This document shows, in pieces, positions 58,807 through 64,000 of a stretch of DNA of 64,000 bases. The stretch is taken from NCBI GenBank assembly GCA_048268245.1, contig JBLWVX010000001.1, forward strand, positions 138,327 through 202,326, given 5' to 3'. Position 1 is the stretch's first letter, and each line of letters opens with the position of its first letter. Under the pieces are notes generated by a model, which saw nothing but the letters and a program-made list of their open reading frames with translations, had not been told where the DNA came from and searched no databases. This DNA is from Arcobacteraceae bacterium (lineage in GTDB: Bacteria; Campylobacterota; Campylobacteria; Campylobacterales; Arcobacteraceae). A program made the translations under genes and the position numbers.

Positions 58807-58892
58807 ATTGTATAGGAGTTTTATAGCATGAATTTAGCGAAAAAAGCTCTATTTTTAATCGCTATAATCAGGCTATAAAAAGTGTTTATAAT
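58807..58892. promoter_or_regulatory. Divergent promoter pair with GCTAWA-N5-GCTATA boxes
   Basis: Minus: box 58838-58822, -10 TACAAT 58812-58807. Plus: box 58861-58877, -10 TATAAT 58887-58892. Both spacers 9 nt. Confidence 0.8.
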
Positions 58893-58924
58893 TTCAAAAT
58901 CTAAAATATACAAAAGGAAGAAAA

Positions 58925-59338
58925 ATGAATAAAATACAAAAATTAGGATTAGCTACACTATTTTCAGCAGTAGTTGCATTTGGTCATGGGAGTGTTACTC
59001 CTCAAGAAGTTGATACAAAAGGTTTAGAGCCATTAGGTGAAGAGTGGTTAGATGAAAATCCATATAAAACAGATAATAAAAAAGCTGTAGAAATTGGAGC
59101 ATATGCTTATAGTGAAAACTGTGCGAGATGTCACGGTTTAAATGCAATTTCAGGTGGTATTGCACCAGATTTAAGAGCTTTAGAAGCTGGTTTTGATGGT
59201 GATGAGTGGTTTATGGAAAGAATAAGACATGGTGCTGTTAGAAATGGTAATGTTTATATGCCTCCATTTGAAGGTGTATTAAACCAAGAAGCTATGTGGG
59301 CTATTAGAACATATATCTTATCTTTACCAAAAGAGTAA
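58925..59338 (+). CDS. pedF: Cytochrome c550 (PedF/ExaB)
   Basis: HG.VTPQ.VDT.GL..LGEEWL.ENPY, NCARCHGL.AISGGIAPDLR, G.VRNG.VYMPPF. Confidence 0.93.
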   Translation: MNKIQKLGLATLFSAVVAFGHGSVTPQEVDTKGLEPLGEEWLDENPYKTDNKKAVEIGAYAYSENCARCHGLNAISGGIAPDLRALEAGFDGDEWFMERIRHGAVRNGNVYMPPFEGVLNQEAMWAIRTYILSLPKE

Positions 59339-59341
59339 GAA

Positions 59342-60208
59342 ATGAATCTGCTTAAATCAACAGTACTTATACTTTTACTTACTTTATTTGCCAATGCAAG
59401 AAGTATTGAGCATATACAAGAAAGTGGAAATGTCGTAATTGCAGTTTATGAAAATTTTCCACCTTACTCTTATGAACAGAATGGAAAACTAAAAGGTATA
59501 GATATAGAACTTGGAAAGATTATTGCAAAATCTCTTAATGTAAAACCTATTTGGTATGTTACAGGTTCTGATGAAAACTTATCTGATGATTTAAGAAATA
59601 CAATTTGGAAAGGAAATCTAATTCATAAAACAAAAGCAGATATTATGTTTAGAATTCCTTATGATTATGACTATTTAAGAATGAGAGATAAATCTACTGG
59701 TGAACTTGAAAACGAAATGGTTACAATCAAAGGACCTTACCAAAGTGAAAAATGGGTTATTGCAACTCATAAAGATATAATTCCTGAGTTTGAAACACTT
59801 GCAACTTTTGCTTATCATACAATTGGTGTTGAGTTAGATACTCTACCTGATACACACATTACAGGTTTTGCAAGAGGTTTAATTAGTAAAAATGTTAAGC
59901 ACTATTTTAAATTTGATAAAGCAATCAATGATTTTAAAAATAGAAAAATAGATGCAATTGCAGGTTTAAAATCACAATTAGAACACCTTTTAGATTATCA
60001 AAATAATAAGGATAAGTACTATATTAGTGAAGCCTTACCAAATGTTAAATCACATTGGGATTTAGCCACAGCAGTTTCTAGTATGTATAGACCATTAAGT
60101 TATCATATAGATGGAGTACTTCATAAAGCTTATAAAGATGGTTCTATCAAAAAAATATTTGAAAAATATGGGGTTGAATATATGCCTCCAATTTCAAAAA
60201 CTCAATAA
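59342..60208 (+). CDS. Quinoprotein-associated periplasmic binding protein (MxaJ/XoxJ-like role)
   Basis: AVYENFPPYS, GIDIELG..IA..L.V, DENLSDDLRN.IWKG, IGVELDTLP. Confidence 0.75.
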   Translation: MNLLKSTVLILLLTLFANARSIEHIQESGNVVIAVYENFPPYSYEQNGKLKGIDIELGKIIAKSLNVKPIWYVTGSDENLSDDLRNTIWKGNLIHKTKADIMFRIPYDYDYLRMRDKSTGELENEMVTIKGPYQSEKWVIATHKDIIPEFETLATFAYHTIGVELDTLPDTHITGFARGLISKNVKHYFKFDKAINDFKNRKIDAIAGLKSQLEHLLDYQNNKDKYYISEALPNVKSHWDLATAVSSMYRPLSYHIDGVLHKAYKDGSIKKIFEKYGVEYMPPISKTQ

Positions 60209-60217
60209 GGATTTATT

Positions 60218-60955
60218 ATGAGATTATTACTTCTATTTATTTCTACTTTGTTAATAAGTTCAAGCCTTTTTGCTAAAAACCCTATTGAATCTCCTACTTT
60301 TGGAGATTTAATAAAACAAATCATTGGTGATGAAAAGTATGTTTTTGATGATAAAAATATACAAATTAAAGTTCCGAACTTTGCAGATAATCCTGTACAA
60401 GTTCCTATTTATGTTAATGCCTCAAAAATAGAAGATGCCCAAAGAATGATTTTATTTGCAGACTTAAATCCGATTCCTAGAATTATAGATATGCAAACAA
60501 CAAAAATCCTTCCTGTGATTTCTACAAATATTAAAGTTGCTCAAGAAACCCCTCTTAGAGCCTTGGTATTAGATAGCAAAGGTACTTGGCATATTGGAAG
60601 TAAAAATATTAGAAGTAATGGTGGAGGTTGTGATGTTTCAAGTCAAGCCTCTACAAATAGTGATTTTGCAAAATTTCTAGGTAAAACAAAGGGTAAAGTT
60701 TTTGAAAAGAAAGATAGAAATAGAATCAAAGCTTCTATTTTCCATCCAATGGAAACTGGCCTAATATTTGGAAATGTTGAATTTTACATAAACACTATTA
60801 CTATAAAAAATGATAATAAACTTATTTCAACTATAAAAACTAGTTCTGCTATTAGTGAAAACCCAAGATTTATTTTTGAAGTAAAGGACAATAGTAAATT
60901 ATATAAAATAAACTTTCTTGATAATGATGGAAATAATTTTGAACTGGAACTGTGA
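60218..60955 (+). CDS. Quinoprotein dehydrogenase-associated SoxYZ-like carrier
   Basis: P.FA.NP.QVP, DLNPIP, internal GGGC (SoxY arm), HPMETGL and AISENP (SoxZ-like). Confidence 0.85.
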   Translation: MRLLLLFISTLLISSSLFAKNPIESPTFGDLIKQIIGDEKYVFDDKNIQIKVPNFADNPVQVPIYVNASKIEDAQRMILFADLNPIPRIIDMQTTKILPVISTNIKVAQETPLRALVLDSKGTWHIGSKNIRSNGGGCDVSSQASTNSDFAKFLGKTKGKVFEKKDRNRIKASIFHPMETGLIFGNVEFYINTITIKNDNKLISTIKTSSAISENPRFIFEVKDNSKLYKINFLDNDGNNFELEL

Positions 60956-61857
60956 TGAAAACTTTACTATTTATCATCACAGCTTTTATTTTTAGTTTTG
61001 CAAATGATTTTGACTATGAAATCAAACCCATAAAACTAAATGAGAACAGCTATTATGTATATGGAAAAGAAGAGTACTTTTCTAAAGAAAATGGTGGAGA
61101 TATTGCAAATAGTGCTTTTATAATCACTAAAAACTCTGTCATTTTAATAGACACAGGTTCAAGTGTTGAATATGCAAAACAGTTAAAAGAGCAAATAAGA
61201 AAAATTACAAATAAACCTATAAAATTTATTTTTAATACACATCATCATCCAGATCATTTTTTGGGTAATTATGCATTTGAAGATGCTAAAATCTTTGCTA
61301 CAGAACATACAAAAGAAGATATAAAAAACAATGGTGAATTATATATAAGTAATATGGTAAATCTTATTGGAAAAGCTGCTTATACAACAAAAGTAAAAGT
61401 TCCAAACAGTTTACTAAAAGAAAAAGAGATTATTTTAGATGGATATAAACTAAAACTTTTATATCTAGATGGACATACAAAAAGTGATGTAGCTATTTTT
61501 GATGAAAAGACAAAAATACTTTATGCTTCTGATTTAGTTTTCAACAAAAGAGCATTAGCAACTCCCCATGCAAACCTTCAAGATTGGATAAAAGCTTTAG
61601 AAAAACTAAAAACTATTGATTTTCAAATCTTAGTTGCTGGTCATGGAAAAGCATCTTTTGACAAAAAAGTCTTAGATGAAAATATCTTTTATTTAAATTA
61701 TTTGGATAAAACACTAAAAAATGCAGTAAATGAAGGCCTAGATACTTTTGAGATTTTAGAACTAGAACATCCAAAAGAACTTCAAGATTATTCTATGTTT
61801 AAAGAAGAGTTTGAAAGAAGTATAGTAAATCTATATCCTAAGTATGAGAATCAATAA
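60952..61857 (+). CDS. Quinoprotein relay system zinc metallohydrolase (MBL fold, SoxH-like)
   Basis: NGG.IAN, IDTG, THHHPDHFLGN, GHT, DLVF..RA..TPHA, GHG. Confidence 0.85.
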   Translation: MMKTLLFIITAFIFSFANDFDYEIKPIKLNENSYYVYGKEEYFSKENGGDIANSAFIITKNSVILIDTGSSVEYAKQLKEQIRKITNKPIKFIFNTHHHPDHFLGNYAFEDAKIFATEHTKEDIKNNGELYISNMVNLIGKAAYTTKVKVPNSLLKEKEIILDGYKLKLLYLDGHTKSDVAIFDEKTKILYASDLVFNKRALATPHANLQDWIKALEKLKTIDFQILVAGHGKASFDKKVLDENIFYLNYLDKTLKNAVNEGLDTFEILELEHPKELQDYSMFKEEFERSIVNLYPKYENQ

Positions 61858-61858
61858 T

Positions 61859-63283
61859 TTATTGATTCTTCACACTTAACTGCTTTAAAAATTCAACTAC
61901 AAGTCTAACTCCTGCACCTGTTGCACCATAAGGATTATAACCCCAATTAGTCTTTCTATATGAAGGCCCTGCTATATCAAAGTGTAACCATTTCTTTTTA
62001 TACTTTTTCTCAATAAAATTATCTAAAAACATACTTCCTATAATAGCTGCACCATTTTTATTTGCACTTGAGTTTAAAATATCAGCAACACCACTTTTTA
62101 AAATATCTTCCATATAAATATTATAAGGCATAAAACCTACTAGCTCACCACTTTTATTTGAAGCTTTTGATATTTGTTTTTTAAGTTTTTTACTATGTCC
62201 TAATACAGCACTAGTATACCCACCAAATGCTCCAATACTAGAACCAGTAAGTGTTGCTAAATCAAAAATATAATCTATATCATTTATATTTTTTTGAGCA
62301 TAAACTAAACAATCAGCAAGAACTAGTCTACCTTCTGCATCAGTATTTGTAATCTCAACAGTTTTATTTCCTATTTTAATCACATCATCAGGCTTATAAG
62401 CATTTGAATCTATCATATTCTCAACTGCTCCTAAAATAGCATGAACTTCAATATCTAAATTTGATTGACTTAAATACTTCATAACTCCTAAAATTGATAT
62501 AGCTCCTGATTTATCAATCTTCATAGAAACCATTCCATCACCTCTTTTAAGACTCAAACCTCCGGTATCATAAGTAACACCTTTACCAACTAAGACCATT
62601 TTTGCTTTTGCCTTTTTGGGTTTATAACTTAAATGGATTAATTGACTTTCATGTCTTGAAGCTCTTCCTACAGCATACATCGCATTTAAAGAGTTTTCTT
62701 GCATATAATCTTCACCATAGACCTTACAGTTCATATTATCTCTTTGTGCTAACTCTAAAGCTTCTTTTGCCATGCTTTTAGGATAAAAATCTTGGGCAGG
62801 AGTATTTACAATATCTCTTACAAAGTTTACACTTTCACATAAAGATAAAACATCTTCTAGTCTTTGTTGTAAGTTCTTAGTTTGCTCTTTAGAGTTTTTG
62901 ATATTTACATAAAGCCTTTTTTGTTTTTTATCTTTCTTTTTATAATTTAAAAACTCATATGAACCTAATATAAAGCCTTGAACTAAGTCTTCTATATTTA
63001 ACTCTTTGTTTAAACTATTTATATTTATATAAAAATTAGGATATTTTTTTAAAGCATTTGCAGCTTTACTAATTGCTATTTTTATAGATTCACTATCTTT
63101 ATTTTTTATATAAACAAAAATCTTTTTAGAACTTATCTCAAAATATGTATTAAAGTTTGAGCTTTTAAAGTTTATATTATTTAGAATTGTTTTTGTTTTT
63201 TTGGGTAGTTTTTCTGTGTTTTTAAGTAAGATGATTTCTATTTCATCATCTTTTTTTTCTCGTGTTTTTAAAACTATATTCAT
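61859..63283 (-). CDS. pepA: M17 leucyl aminopeptidase
   Basis: VGKGVTYDTGGLSLK, MK.DKSGA, NTDAEGRLVLAD, DLATLTG, HFDIAG. Confidence 0.9.
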   Translation of the reverse strand: MNIVLKTREKKDDEIEIILLKNTEKLPKKTKTILNNINFKSSNFNTYFEISSKKIFVYIKNKDSESIKIAISKAANALKKYPNFYININSLNKELNIEDLVQGFILGSYEFLNYKKKDKKQKRLYVNIKNSKEQTKNLQQRLEDVLSLCESVNFVRDIVNTPAQDFYPKSMAKEALELAQRDNMNCKVYGEDYMQENSLNAMYAVGRASRHESQLIHLSYKPKKAKAKMVLVGKGVTYDTGGLSLKRGDGMVSMKIDKSGAISILGVMKYLSQSNLDIEVHAILGAVENMIDSNAYKPDDVIKIGNKTVEITNTDAEGRLVLADCLVYAQKNINDIDYIFDLATLTGSSIGAFGGYTSAVLGHSKKLKKQISKASNKSGELVGFMPYNIYMEDILKSGVADILNSSANKNGAAIIGSMFLDNFIEKKYKKKWLHFDIAGPSYRKTNWGYNPYGATGAGVRLVVEFLKQLSVKNQ

Positions 63284-63344
63284 TTGTTTTCCTTTGGAAA
63301 ATATTATATAGTTTTAATATAAAATTAGATTTTAATTTATAAGC

Positions 63345-63369
63345 TAAAACCAGCAAAAAGCTGGTTTTT
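63345..63369 (-). terminator. Terminator after fbaA
   Basis: AAAACCAGC / GCTGGTTTT inverted repeat. Confidence 0.75.
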
Positions 63370-63376
63370 AGTTTTG

Positions 63377-64000
63377 TTAGTTTTTATTTAAAGAACAAAG
63401 ATCAGAGTATGCTACTTCTAATCTTGCAATCATAGATTCTTGTCCAGCTCTTAACCATTTTCTTGGATCATAGTAAGATTTATTTGGCTTATCTTCACCA
63501 TCTGGATTTCCAATTTGTCCTTGTAAATAATCATGGTTTTTAGCTTCAAAAGCTCTTACACCATCCCAGAATGCCCATTGAGTATCTGTATCAATATTCA
63601 TTTTAATAACACCATACTCAATAGCTTCTCTAATCTCTTCTAAAGCAGACCCTGAACCACCATGGAATACAAAGTCAACTGCTTTTTCTTCAGTTGAGTG
63701 TTTTTCTTTGATAAACTTTTGAGAATTATCTAAGATTTTTGGAGAAAGTACAACATTTCCTGGCTTATAAACACCATGAACATTTCCAAAAGATGCTGCA
63801 ATTGTAAAGTTAGGTCCAACTTCTCCTAACTTTTCATAAGCATAACAAACTTCTTCAGGTTGAGTATACAATAAAGCATTATCTACATCTGTATTATCAA
63901 CACCATCTTCTTCTCCACCTGTAATACCAAGCTCGATTTCAATCATCATATCTAATTCATTCATTACTTTAAAGTAATCAACACATGTAGAAATATTTTC
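63377..64000 (-). CDS. fbaA: Class II fructose-bisphosphate aldolase (5' end outside window)
   Basis: EIELGITGGEEDG, FGNVHGVY, VFHGGSG, KMNIDTD; frame stays open to the window edge. Confidence 0.96.
   Translation of the reverse strand, partial: ENISTCVDYFKVMNELDMMIEIELGITGGEEDGVDNTDVDNALLYTQPEEVCYAYEKLGEVGPNFTIAASFGNVHGVYKPGNVVLSPKILDNSQKFIKEKHSTEEKAVDFVFHGGSGSALEEIREAIEYGVIKMNIDTDTQWAFWDGVRAFEAKNHDYLQGQIGNPDGEDKPNKSYYDPRKWLRAGQESMIARLEVAYSDLCSLNKN

Noticed and set aside
60218..61857. Thiosulfate-oxidising Sox system
   Set aside because: No soxAXBCD; the fused SoxYZ-like protein and hydrolase match the quinoprotein-associated module.
38700..63300. Recently acquired genomic island with att sites
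   Set aside because: No integrase, tRNA, flanking direct repeats or obvious base-composition shift seen by eye.

Overview
Very AT-rich chromosomal segment whose gene content and order (secDF-yajC/lnt, leuS-lptE-folC-M23-bactofilin, proS-hemA-ispB-DUF2018-hisD-aroK) point to a Campylobacterota genome, most likely Arcobacteraceae. This is inferred from gene content, not a database hit. Three blocks are present. (1) About 1-10 kb: a probable phosphate-starvation cluster with a PhoX/choice-of-anchor-I fusion lipoprotein, a di-haem protein + NiCoT/DUF1007 operon and an OlsF-like ornithine-lipid synthase. All three promoters carry a Pho-box-like repeat exactly 10 nt from the -10 element. (2) About 10-39 kb: mostly housekeeping genes, plus a degenerate primase-helicase, a pentapeptide-repeat gene, a structured inverted non-coding repeat and an XdhC-like gene. 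(3) About 39.6-61.9 kb: a complete PQQ alcohol-oxidation island. Its only dehydrogenase carries the lanthanide-binding Asp (WDYDG) and a lipoprotein signal. It sits with pqqABCDE (pqqA is missing from the ORF track), aldehyde dehydrogenase, cytochrome c550, two ABC systems resembling those linked to lanthanide uptake (PedA1A2BC-like and LutAEF-like), and two copper-fold proteins that have lost their Cu ligands. Eight promoters, including the distant XdhC-like gene, share the motif GCTAWA-N5-GCTATA-N9-(-10), probably read by the adjacent FIST-kinase/OmpR-family pair. No rRNA, tRNA, CRISPR array, integrase or transposase was seen.
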